Assembly (NCBI GenBank): GCA_037447605.1
Contig: CM074810.1
Coordinates: 2,824,880-2,888,879, forward strand
Direction: 5' to 3'
DNA: 64,000 nucleotides
Source of the DNA: Zygnema circumcarinatum SAG 698-1b
Taxonomy: Eukaryota; Plantae; Zygnematophyceae
Shown piece after piece: positions 45,946 through 58,300 of this stretch (within the stretch, counting starts at the first letter, position 1; every line of letters begins with the position of its first letter). Below the pieces are notes generated by a model that saw only the letters and a program-made list of their open reading frames with translations, was not told where the DNA came from and did no database searches. The position numbers were made by a program, and so were the translations under genes.

Positions 45946-48436
45946 ACCAGAAACCCAAAGGCTGTTTTTGTTGGCCCAACTTAACGTGTCCAACTTGTAG
46001 TCAGCCCGGAAGCTGCCGTTCTTCGACGCCATCTTGTACCACTGAAAAGCCCTCTTCTTATCCTTGGGAACCCCTCGTCCATCGTAGTAACACTCTCCCA
46101 ACTCGAATGCAGCCTCAGCATGGCCGTGCTTCGCCGCCCTCTCGTACCACTTAACAGCCCTCCTCTTATCCATAGGAACCCCTTCTCCATTGTAGTAACA
46201 CACTCCCAACGTGTATTCAGCCTCAACATGGCCTTGCTTCGCCGGCCTCTCGTACCACTCAAATGCCCTCCCCTTATCCATAGGAACCCCTTTTCCATGC
46301 ATGTAAGAAAATCCCAACATGCATTCAGCCTCAGCATGGCCTTGCTCCCCCGCCCTCTTGTACCACTGAAAAGCCCTCCTCTCATCCTTAGGAACCCCTC
46401 GTCCATGGAAGTAACACTGTCCCACCTCGTATTCGGCCACAACATGGCCTTGATTCGCCGCCCTCTCGTACCACTCAAAAGCCCTCTTCTCATCCTTAGG
46501 AATGCCCTTTTGGGGTCCATAGGAGTAACACACTCCCAACTCGTATTGAGCCTTAGCATGGCCTTGCTCTGCTGCTTTTGTAAACATTTCCAGTGCTTGT
46601 ACCATGTCCATTGCAATATTTCCGTTACTCTTCCGGAATATCTCTCCATCAGCAAACATCTCGCCCAACTGAAACTGGGCTTCTGCATGTCCTTGCTTTT
46701 TCGCTTCCAAGTACAGTATCATGGCCCAGAGAATGTCTTGACGGACTCCCAAGCCCTGCATGTAACACGATGCCAACTCAACTTTAGCGTCATCCAAACC
46801 TTGACCGGCTGCCCTCTCCAGCAGCTCAACAGCCTTTACTAGGTCTTTTTGCACCCCATTCCCGGTCTTGAAACACAACCCTAATTTGCACTGTGCCTTC
46901 AAATCGCCTTTCTCTGCAGCACGTGTGTAAATCTGAACGGCCTGTTCCATGTTCTTGACAACTCCTCTTCCGTTCTCGTAGCACAGACCTAAACGGAAAA
47001 GTGCTCCCAAATGCCCCTGATTCGCCGCATTCCTGTAAAAAGTCACCGCCCGCTCGAAATCCGGCGCTAATCCACGTATCCCCTCCTCACATTGTACCCC
47101 CAAGAGATAGGACGAATTCCCTTCATCTCCACTTTCCACGACTAAAGAATTTTCCTCACCCCTACTTTCAATTCTCCTAAAAAACCGTTCATCCCCTCTA
47201 CCCATACTTGCGGAATTCTCTGCAGGTGTTCTTTTCAGTTCAATAGAGCTGATGCTCCTCAAATCACTGATTTCCTTCGAGGACCGCCTCGAGCTCTTTG
47301 CCCGTTCTATGAGGCTACGAACACAAAAATTGTCAACAAGACGAAGTTCTCCAGTTCTGGGGTCAGTTTCAATACTTTCATTTGTTAATGGGTCGGTTCG
47401 GTGCCCTCCTTGAAACCACTCTTGAATGCATTTTCTGTCATATGTATGCCCGGAATCCAACATGACAGGATCCTCCATAATGTGGTAACATATGGGGCAG
47501 ATGAGCTCAGGAGAAGCGTTATCAGCGTCTGCCTCGTCGACTAAATTGCCTGTCACTTTGGAAGCAAGAAGTCCAATAATCACTTGAATGTAATGCTCCT
47601 CTTCTGATTGCTTGTCGGATACAACGCCCTCCATGTCTGCCTTCACCTCCTCGATGAAACTTCCGATCTAGCCAAGGACATGCCATGCATAATGGGTGAG
47701 CTGATAATTAGTAAGCGATACCTCGACATAATTCATGGCCATAGGCCAATTATGGGAAAAAGCTTGACAAAAATCCATGACTGCATGCAGTGCATATGGA
47801 ATGTCAATCACACTCGAATGCAAATGGAGTTCAAAATCAATTCTCACTAAACTAAGACAACCCACCAACGCAAAACAAGTCAACCCCCGCAAGAAAGAGC
47901 TGCTCCCACCTCCTGCTGCGTGACCTCCCTCTCCTCCAGAAGGCGGCTCACAAGCGCGTCCACCGACTCCGGCTTGTCCACCGCCGCCCCCCTCAACAGC
48001 GCCGCATTCTGCGCCCTCTCCTCCTCCCCCGCCCTCCACACGCGGTCCATCTCCTTCCGCTGCTCTCTGCTCTCTGCTCTCTGCTCCTCCCTACTCAGCT
48101 CCCGCGGCAGCAGGAAGCCCTGCTCACACTGCAAAATGCAGAAATGAATGTCCTTTATGTCTTCGGAGACCTGGTCGTGGAAGAGCAGGCGTAGAGCGAG
48201 CTACGTTTGCAGCGCGCGGACACTTCTGTGGCGGAGTGCACGTGCTGCAGCAGGTCCGTTAGGCCCTTCTCTTCCGGCAGCAGGCGGCCCCTCTCCGCCA
48301 TGCGCCCCTCCAGGAGGGAGGAGAGCCGCTCCACGCGCCCGCAGAGGAGGGCGCCCATTTCCTTGTGTGACTGCACGTTGTCCCACGCGCGCCGCAGAGC
48401 CACCACCGCCTGGAGAATTGTACTCGCCGTCTCCAT
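45943..48436 (-). CDS. Paralog 3: MCAfunc/MLKL-like helical domain, U-box and 10 Sel1-like repeats; one apparent 1-bp frameshift near 48190
   Basis: METASTILQAVVALRRAW...LCGRVERLSSLLE and EEEHYIQVIIGLL. U-box SPELICPICYHIMEDPVMLDSGHTYDRKCIQEWFQGGHRTDPLTNE. Ten repeats of the type HAEAAFELGECYYDGRGVPKDKKRAFQWYKMA. Probable intron about 47670-47900. Confidence 0.85.
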
Positions 48437-48960
48437 CTGTGGGATGGGGGAGAGGTGGGGAGGGAGGTGGGGAGGGAGAAGGGGAGGGGAGGGGAGGAGA
48501 GGGGAGGGAGGACTGACGGCTGATCGCGTGAACTGCCTTTGTAGTGTCTTCCGGCTCTCTGGCACAAAGGAACGCAAGGGCCTCAAAATCCAAAAGGAAA
48601 GGAAAGCGCGATGAACCCCTACTTCGGCCCAACCGCAGCCTTCCTCCCTCACTTCCCCCTTCCTCCCCGTCCCTCCTCCCCCCTCCACCCCCCCTCCACC
48701 CCCCCTCCTCCCCCNNNNNNNNNNTCCTCCCCGTCCCTCCCTCTTCCCCCCTCCACCCCCCTCCCTCCCTCCCTCTCGACCTCGTCCGTACGGACACGGC
48801 ACGCGGTTTCGTACACATGGTACGGATGACCATGTGTATCGGCATGGGAGATATATCGCGTGTCGATATATCGCGTAGCGTGCGGCGAAGCACGAGGTTG
48901 CATGCTGTCGGTTGTGCGAAGCGCCGCAACCAAAACAACACGGCCGCCGGCTGGAGCCAT

Positions 48961-49164
48961 TAGGGGGAGTCAGACCTTGACCATCGCCAAATCAATTTCG
49001 TAAGCCTGTCGGGCGAATTAAGCATTGGCTAGGTACGCATTTCGGTACGGCTGGGTACGGCGGAGGCACGGATCCCGATCCGGAATTCGTACACGAAAGA
49101 TGTGACTTTAAGTGTAAGGAATTCGGGAATTTCGTAAGCGATGGTCAAGGTCTGACTCCCCCTA
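48961..49164. mobile_element. MITE (about 204 bp) with 27-bp perfect terminal inverted repeats
   Basis: tagggggagtcagaccttgaccatcgc (48961-48987) and its exact reverse complement (49138-49164). TSD is TA or ATT depending on the boundary chosen. Confidence 0.85.
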
Positions 49165-50399
49165 TTATTGACTGGTCGCTGCTTCCCTCTTTTGAGGGAC
49201 TCCAGCTTGTACAAAATGAGGGTCAGTTTCCATCAGCGCGTTATTCCGACGTGGCGTCGTAATGGACGACGACCCATGGGTTCCATCAGGCCGTTTCCAC
49301 AAACGTGGCGCCGACGTGGCTGCCACGTGGTAACGAGGCACCGTTCCCCAGGACGGTCCGAAGAAGGGGGTGTAACGCCATTACGACCATTCGCGTGCCG
49401 GCACGTGGCTACCAAAGATCCGGCAGCGTGCGACTGCCACGCTGGCTGGAAGCCTCCTGCAAACCCTAAGGGTGGGTGTCCATCAGCGTTTGCCTGTACC
49501 GCCACATCGGATTAGAGTCATGAAGGGAGAATTGCGGGTTCCATCAGAGGTCGCGCGAGCCAATCATCGGACGCCACGTGGACACAAAAACTGTCGGCAG
49601 CGACGCGCGAAAGGTAACCGCAGTGGGCCACGGCGGACGCTTTCAAATCGTACACGTGGCGATCGCTGATTGGAAAACGGTGTTTTGATGGAACTCGTCA
49701 TTTTATCTGCAAAACGGCGTCCTACGTGGACCGTAATGAGCTCGTTACGAAACGGGCTGATGGAAACTGACCCTGAGTCCTTGGCACTTGGTCCGACATG
49801 GCACACTCTGACTGGCCCACGTGGCACTCCCTCGACGGGCCCACCCCGGGGAGGCGCTATCTCTCGTGGACCTACCGCGTGCCCAGACCGGAAACTTCCA
49901 CGCAGGCGTTTAAAGTCTCTTCTGTCGCGCTCGGCTGTCCGTACACTGGTGGCCTAGCCAGCTGGCGGAAATCGACGGTCGCTGTGCCACGTGACAAAAA
50001 GGTCCCTGACGTAGACGTGGCAAAAGCACCGTCCGAGCTGATTTGCACGTGTGAGGACCACGTCTGATTGGTCACGTTCCATCAAAATGCAGAAATTCAG
50101 CTTTCCGTATTGGCGTCTCGTTTCGTCACGTCACGGTCCCCAACATACTTGTCAAGTCATATGTTGCCGCGACGAATCATGTCGCTCCACGTGTTGCGCC
50201 CATACTTTGTAGACGCGCGCGCTTGGTACATTCACATCACCATCCGTACACCCGACGAAAAAAGGTCTGTATCTATTCTACAAAAGTATGAAACAGCATT
50301 TTTCGCTAAAAAATCCTTTGTAAAAGCTGCCCGGCGAAAAAGTGACTGTTTTCAGAAAAAAGGTGACTGTAAATAGTACTTTCCTAAACGAAATGTCAC

Positions 50400-50527
50400 T
50401 TTTCTCCTGTACGAATTTGGTTCGGGATCCGCGGCTCCGCCGAACCTAGCCGTACCGAAATGCGTACCTTATACGGCCGTCCGGCCTACGAAATTGACTT
50501 GGCCAGTGTTAAGTCTGACCCCCCCTA
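50400..50527 (-). mobile_element. Terminus of a related TIR element
   Basis: Its reverse complement aligns with 48961-49095 (tagggggggtcagac...caatttcgta...ggtacgcatttcggtacggct...cggatcccga). Confidence 0.7.
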
Positions 50528-50898
50528 TTTGTCAGATTTTCTGTTCATGGATTCTCACCCTATAGTTCCATTACCCGTAATGTTTCCTACATAGAACCAC
50601 ATGTAAACGCATAAAAAACCATCTTTTCCAGTCAGCGAAAACACGCAGGCACAGAGCATGGAAACCTGGCTGTTGCAGTTCCAAACGAACAGCCCCCATT
50701 TTAACTGGGCCAACCGTTGAACTAGTGCATAGAACAGCGTTCCACGGCCCCAGCCCACCCACCCCCCCCCCCTTCAAACCCTAATTCGCCCTCCCCCCCC
50801 CTCTCTATCTCTCGCTCTCTCTCCGCTGCCCGGAGCTTCGGCCGCTCTCCTCGCGCCACGTGGCTTGCCCCCGAGCCACCGCCTGCCCGCCTGCCCGC

Positions 50899-52318
50899 AT
50901 GTCCGGCGCAGCGCTTCTAGGGGGGCCCACAGGCGCTGCCACGTGGCTGCCCCTCGGGGAGCGCCAGCTGTCGCCCGCTCAATTCTTGACAGGTGGCAGC
51001 AGGAGAGGGGCTCTTGCAGGCCTCCCCGGGAGGAGGCCCGTCGCTAGGAGAGGGGCCTCGCGCGTTCGAATGGCGTTGCAGACCAATGGAGGTATGGGAA
51101 GTTCAGCCTCACCCCCCCCTCTCTCCCTCTCTGTCCCTCTCTCTCTCTCTCCCTCTCTCCCTCACTCTCCCTCTCTCTTTCTCTCTCCCTCTCTCCCTCT
51201 CTCACTCCCTCTCCCTTTTCCCTCCCCTGCTCCCTCTCCCTTTCTCTCTCCCTCTCTTCCTCCCTCTCCTTCCCACCCTCGTTTCCATGGACGGGCCTCC
51301 CCGCACCTCGGTTTCTGCCGTCCCGTGCATCATGCTGCTCCGGTTCCGTGCTGGCTCCCCCTCCCCGCGGGTTCCATGAGTTGACGCTGTTCCGTAGAAC
51401 TGACCGTTGCGCGTGACGGTTCCCTGCGCGCCTGGCAGAGGTGCAGACGCTGCACAAGCTCCGCGTGCTCCGATTGGAGGACCTCCGCCCGCCTCAAATT
51501 TCCGACCTCCTCGCGCGCCCCCGCATCGATTTCTCCAAAATATTCTCCATTGTAAGAAAAGGGAAGAGAATGGCAAGATGAAGATTATAATCATGATATG
51601 TTAAAAAATATATATATAAAATTGAAAAAGTAAATAAAGGGTAAAATAAAAGTAGATAACAGAGACAGAATATTTAAACAACTCTGAATTTGACGGACTC
51701 CCTATGCCGTAAAACTTAGCAAAGGAAATTTCTTACTTTTGATTCCCCAAATATTGCCCTTTTTGGGCTTAGCAGTTCGCCATTTGCGTTACTTCTTTTC
51801 CTTTTCCGCGGGCAGGTTGGTCCAATTGTGGAGGATGTAAGACAGCAGGGCGATGAGGCGGTGCGGAAGTACGTCTCGCTTTTCTTTATTTTTTCCTTTC
51901 AATTTTTTTCTCCCAGCCTTCTTGGATATCCAATAGCGGTTCCGCATATCAACCATCGTTTCCATTTATTGCATTCCTCCTCCACCCTCCTTTTCCCCGT
52001 CTTGCTGGCAGTCAGTTATTGTCAAAATATAAAAGAATTGCATTGAGTGGTTTCAGGTTTCTGACATCGTCTGTTTTTTGAAGAGAAAATTAGAGAAATT
52101 GCGGAGCAGAATTGGAATCTACTTTCTTCTCTCGCTGTACTCTCTCGGTCTCTCTCTTTCCCTCGGTCTCCCTCTCTCCCATCTTTACTCTCCTCTCTCC
52201 CTTCTCTTCCCCCACTCTCTCTCTCTCTGCTCCGGGGCAGAACAGATACACTGAAAAATTTGACCGCTGCCGTTTGGACGATGTGGTGGTCAAATTGGAG
52301 GATGTGCCGTACCCTCAG
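50899..52318 (+). CDS. HISN8: Plastid histidinol dehydrogenase, first four exons (50899-51091, 51439-51551, 51816-51868, 52246-52318); remainder presumably in the gap
   Basis: A transit-peptide-like N-terminus splices in frame with GT-AG introns to LRVLRLEDLRPPQISDLLARPRIDFSKIFSI|VGPIVEDVRQQGDEAVRK|YTEKFDRCRLDDVV, matching the plant HDH N-terminus. Confidence 0.9.
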
Positions 52319-53604
52319 GTGAGCAGTAACTAANNNNNNNNNNNNNNNNNNNNNNNNNNNNNNNNNNNNNNNNNNNNNNNNNNNNNNNNNNNNNNNNNNN
52401 NNNNNNNNNNNNNNNNNNNNNNNNNNNNNNNNNCCGCGAGACCGACCTACACTTGTCGGTGCCGCAGCGGTGCCGCCGCCGCCGCCGCCACCGACATAAA
52501 CCTTAACGTTGGCAGCTAGCGGAAGTGTCGGCAACGGTCGCCGCCACGTCTGTCGGTCGAATCCGATACGTCGGCGATATTGCGATTATGTTCACACTTA
52601 TCGCAAACGACAAACGGCCTACAAGTGTTTCTTTTTACTAGATGTACGGATGTTTTGTCTGCATTCGTACGGGCTCTCGACTGGCGTCAAATTTGTCTAA
52701 AAATCGATTTTACCGTTGCAGTTTTCTTGGCTGTGGAACTGGAGGGTTCTTTAGATGGAATACTCTGCTGGAGGCTGATCGCAATGTGCCAAGTACTCGT
52801 TTTGGTGTCGGATTGGCGGGCGGAAAGGGAGAGGGAAGGAAGGGAAGAAAACTGGAGAGAGGGAAAAAGGTAGGGTTAGGAGCAGGGGAGGGAGTGGGAG
52901 AGGGAGAGGGAGAGGGAGAGGAACACAGAGAGAGGGGGGAGAGGGCGAGAAAAGCGGGAGGAAGTGGGAGAAAGGGGAGAGATGGGTAGTGTGAGGTAGA
53001 GAGAGAGATAGAGGAGGGGAAGTTGGAAAAAGGGGGAGAGGGAAAGCGGGGGAGAGGGCGAGGGTGAGAGGAAGTAGAAGAGGGAGAAAGAGAGAGAAGA
53101 GAAGAGAAGGAGATGGAGAAGAGAGTGGGAGTTGAGGGAGGATGAGTGAGGATGGAAGGGGGAGGGAGAGCGAGATCGGAAAGAGAGTGAGAGAGGAAGA
53201 GGGATGAATGGAGAGAGCGACGTGCGAGGGAAAGAGAGAGAGACTGGGAGAGAGAGAGAGAGATGGAGAGGTAGAGGGGGATTGGGAGGGAGAGTGGGCG
53301 AGAGGGAGAGGAGTGGGAAAAGCGGGAGATGGAAAGTGGGGGAGAGCGCGAAGGAGCGAGTGGAGGGTGAAGGAGAGAGGGAGAGAGGGGGAGGGAGGGG
53401 AGGAGAGGAGAGAGGGGGGGAAAGAATACCACCGCCAACAGAAAAACACACAAAATGATAGGCCTCTAGTCTCGGTTGAATGAAATCCGTACAACAAATC
53501 TTCCAAGAGTGTCAATTATTATTTTTAATACACTTTACAACCGGGTGAAAAAAGGCGAAAGAAATGGAAAAAGCAAAAAGAAAGAGGAAGAAAAAAAAAA
53601 AAGT

Positions 53605-55336
53605 CTATGCATCGTATACTTTGATGACCTGGCGGATTGGCTTTCGGCAGATAGGACAAAGCGCAGGCTTCGCTTGGAGCAGCCTATACCCCATTTGTAC
53701 CCCATTTGCGCCACCACCCGCCACAGAACACAAAATTCAGTCAAAATTTTAACTCAACCCAAACCAGAATTTATAAAAAAAAACAAGAAAGAAAAGATAA
53801 AAAATATAGAGAGTAAATGAAAGCAATCTTTACACCTCCGAAGAGGAAATCGAAAACCAACACAGTGATCAACGGTACAGGGTTTTAGGATTTTTAGGGT
53901 TTTTAGGGTTTTCAGGGTTTTTACGGTTTTTGGGGTAGGTGTGAGTTTGAGTTGGAGAGAAAACATCGCCAGTGTTCCATGACCGTTTTTGGAACTGAAC
54001 GGAACTTACAAGTCACCGTTTCCAGGAAGCAAAAATAATCAGCAAAAAAAAAAAAAGAACCCTTCATACCTTTCTCCCTCAATTTCACACAAACAAACTC
54101 CCACACATGGTTGCACATGGAACCAGACCCCGTTCAGTTTCCGTTCAACCGTCGACACCACAGTTTAACGGTTTAACGGTTCAACGGTTGACCACTCACA
54201 TGTTTCCGCATGAATGACACGTGGCGCGATGCCCGCAGTCGATAAGAATCGAATCTTTTTTCGCGTCCATACAAATCGCGCACACGTCACTCTGGTCGCC
54301 CTCCTCCCCCTTCACTACCACCCCGTCATATGCGACCTGTTCCGTCGCAGGCAACGGAGGAGCCGACGGAGCAGCTCCTCCCTCTCCCTCCCTCTCTCCC
54401 ACTCCCCGTCCTACGTGGCCGGGTGCCACGCAAGCAGAAACTGTACTGCCAGATGTCGCTCCCTCATTGGTCGGCACCCAGCTTGGTGGAATAGGAGCGC
54501 CCGTTACTGCCCGAGATTCCGTTACAGACGACGGCCCGGCCTCCCGTTCCGTTCCGTTAAACGGTCGTTCTGTGGCTCGCAGGAACGGAAGTCGATTGAC
54601 AAACGGAATTTTTCTGAGGAACGAAAATTTTTCAATTGTAGGCTGCGCCGGCGGCAGCCTGGGGTCGATGAAAGGGGCGGAATCAGATACGACAAAATTT
54701 GGTGGGTATGCGCGGACGGCTGCCAGCTGGCGGAGTCTGCTTGATTCGCGCGCTTTGTAGATGTTGCGGGCGATTGTTGTTAGGAGAAATGTGAGTCCTG
54801 CGGGCGGGGAGAGAGAGAGAGAGGGAGAGAGGGAGAGGGAGAGGGAGAGGGAGAGGGAGAGGGAGAGGGAGAGGGAGAGGGAGAGGGAGAGGGAGACGGG
54901 AGAGGGAGAGGGAGAGGGAGAGGGAGAGGGAGAGGGAGAGGGAGGGAGAGGGAGAGGGAGAGGGAGAGGGAGAGGGAGAGGGAGAGGGAGAGGGAAAGAG
55001 AGATAGAGAGTGTGAGAGAAAACGAGACAGAGAGAGGGGAGGACAGAGAGAGGAGTTAGGGTAGGCAAGCAAAGCACATATAGGAGTGCGGGAAGGGTGA
55101 AGGGAAAGTGGGAGAGGGAAAGGGCGAGACAAGGCGAGGGGGGAGGAGGGAGAGAGAGCGAGAGACAGGGAAGGGAGGACGAGACGCAGGAAGAACAGGA
55201 TACAGGAAAAGAGGGAAGGGAGAGCGAGTCTCATCGCACCTAAAATTACGAACAAAGTCATCCAGCGGTGGCTGTACGCTACATCCACTGTCCAAACGGC
55301 TGTACTCTGTTCCATTTGCGAGAAGGGGGGGATAGC

Positions 55337-55368
<32 letters not shown>

Positions 55369-58300
55369 GGGAGAGAAAGAGAGAGAGAGAGGGACAGAGG
55401 AAGGGAGAAAGGAAACCAGGTCAGAAACCCTGAACAACAGTTTCCATGCGAAACTGTATGGAATGGCAATTTCCTGTTCAATTGCAGTTTCTCGTAGAGT
55501 CAACATCACTCAGTGCGCTCGTCTCACCATCTCCTCTTTCCTCCCCCTCTCTCCCCCCTCCCTTACGCCTCTCTCTCCCCGTCCTCTCCCTCCACCTCTC
55601 TCGCGCTCTCCTCCCCCTCCCTAAGTCCCACTCCTCCCTCTCTTTCTCTCGGTCTCTCGCTCTGGCTACCCTCTCCCCACTCCCCTCTCTCCAACCTCTC
55701 CCACTCTCCCTCCCCTTTCTCGCCCTCTCCTCCCTCATCATTCTCCCCCTCTCCCCCTCCCTCCCTCCCTCCCTCCCTCCCTCCCTCTCGTTCTCTCTTT
55801 CCCTGTCCCTCTCTCTCTCCCCCCTTCCCTCTTTCCCTCTACCCTTTTCCCTCGGCCTCTCTCCTTCTTCCTCTCCCCCTCTTTCCCTCTCCCTCTCGCT
55901 TTCCCTCTGACTCCCCCTCTCTCTCTCCCTCTGCCTCCCCCTCTCTCCCTCTCTCTCTCTCCCTCTGCCTCCCCCTCTCTCCCTCTCCCTCTCTCTCTCT
56001 CTCTCTCACCGCCTCTTCCTCCGCCGTGGCAAGCAGCGTCGTTCTCCCCCCCCTCAGCGGCAGCGCCACTTTGCACTTTCGGGCCGCGGAAAGTTCGCAG
56101 AAGCCCTCCGCCTTTGAGAGGTCGAACGTTGTGCTCCTAACGTCGATTTTAAGGGTGTGCGCCTGCCCTCGATTGTCAAAGAAGTACATGAGAAAATAAA
56201 CAGAAAAAAAAAGTAAGCAGAATGTATATATGGACGCTTGTGAGCGTACGTTATATGCTTTAAGAAATGTAGTTTTTTTTGAAGGAAATTTTGAATTTTG
56301 CGAGTGAAGTTATGCAAAACGGAGCTCTAGTGTAAACAACTTGCTATTCTTTTTTTTTTTAGTTTTCATTTCTAACTTATTTTGGTTTAGCTTTGAGTGG
56401 AATGACTAAGTTCTTACCACAACGTTGCGATTGTAGAAATTTCCGAGAGCGACATAGTACTCGCCATCGCTTGAAACTTGAAACTGATACGAGCCTTTTC
56501 CTGCAGGTTCCATGTGCACTAAAATTAGAAAAATACGTTACAAAACGTTGAACTAATGGTCAATATGACCTTCCATTGACATCACTTTTTTACTCTGCAG
56601 ATCTCCTCTCTCTCCCAGCTATCCACTCCTCCCCTTTCTCGCTTCTCTCTCACTCTCCTATCCCCCTTCTGCTTTAACGTATCTTTCCTCTCTCTCTTTG
56701 TCTCTCTCTTATCTTTGTCTCTCTCCCTCTCTCCTCCCTTACAACACGGAACACATCAGGTTTCAGAACTGCTTCCTGCAATTCATTAACAAATTCACAT
56801 ATGAAGTAAAGAATGTGTTAGAAGTGGATGAATGAAGAGAAGTGGGAGGAGAGAGAGAGAAAGGTCGAGAGAGATAAGGAGATAGAGAGAGGGGAAGAGG
56901 GAGAGGAAGAGAGAGACGGAGAGTGAGGGAAAGAGTTATTCGATTTACTTGACAGGGTCCGGCGCATTTCATATTTGAAAAACGCTTCAGGATCATACTT
57001 CCACTGCTCCATCCGATCTTCACCTACTCACAAAATATGTAAGAAAAAAAAAGATAAATAAGTAATTCATCAAACTGTCAAAGAAGTCAATTCTACCTTG
57101 AGGGAAAATTGACTTTTTTTTTTTCATCAACCCCTCCCTTAACCGCTTAAGTCCCTAACCTTCCCAAGGAGCCCTTTTCCTTGAAATTTCAGCGTTCTGG
57201 TTAGTTTCACAAGATAATAATTTCAGGAAAAGAAACACTCTAACATCCGATTTATGTAAATTCCCTTAAATGCTTTTAAAAAAATTCTAATTTCTGCATT
57301 CCTGGGCACTTATCCCTGAGTGCATTGTACCTTGAATTATTATGAGGAGGAGAGAGGCAGTTTCGTAACCCATGTCGTACTCGATTGTAAGCTGTGACCC
57401 GCGGTTGAGCCAAAACACCCAATTCTGCACAGCAGAGATTTCACTCAAAGTGAGAGAGAGAGAGAGAGAGGAGGGAGAGAGAGAGAGTGAGAGAGGGCGA
57501 GAGAGGGGGTGAGAGAGTGGGAGAGGGAGAGGGAGAGAGAGGGCGAGAGAGGGGGTGAGAGAGTGGGAGAGAGAGAGGGAGAGAGAGGACGAGAGAGAGG
57601 GAGAGAGAAGAGAGAAAGAGAAGAAAGAGAGAGATTGAGAGAATTTTTAGGCCTAAAACAAAACTGAAACTGATTAGACCTCAATTTAAACATGAAACTA
57701 AAAGATATCACTTGCCCTCATTTTGACAATCAATTAACGTTACCTCTACTCCGAACCTTAGCTCTACTTTGTCTTTAACCCTGAACCAGATCTTCTACAT
57801 AATGTAAAACTTAATACTAACCTCACTCAAACCCTAACCCTAACCCTACACCTAACCCTAAACGTAACTTCAACCCTAAAATTGGTCCTAATCCTGTCCT
57901 ATTCTTAGCCCTAAAATTATGATAGAGCACAAACTAAGGCAACAACTAATGATCCAAGGGGAGATTTCTCACCTCATACCCATAATTTCGAACCGTAACA
58001 GGAGAATAATTTTCAGTCCATTTCACTGTGTTCTTAAGTGCTGGCCGGGATGGAAAACTGTACAGAGTTGTGGGCGCCCCGGAAATTCCATTTGCATATG
58101 AAACCTGCGCTAAAAAAAATGGGGAAGCAGAAAAATTAAAACAGAAATTTCAGAAAGGATATGAAACGAATTGTTCGATAAGGACAGAGAAGGGACAAGA
58201 GAGTGGGGCGAAAGAGGCACAAAGAAATGTTGAGATGGATGAGCGCACAATTGGGATTTAAGAGAGAAAGGGAGAAGAGAGAGGGAGACCTGAATGCTTT

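Noticed and set aside
29542-46842. Alternative-frame and antisense ORFs over the Sel1 arrays (29542-30213, 35787-36417, 45981-46842)
   Set aside because: They are shadows of the 108-bp coding repeats, with no independent evidence.
29436-47646. Sel1 genes as bacterial contamination
   Set aside because: They are joined to plant-type kinase, U-box and helical exons by GT-AG introns and are interrupted by host LTRs with TSDs.
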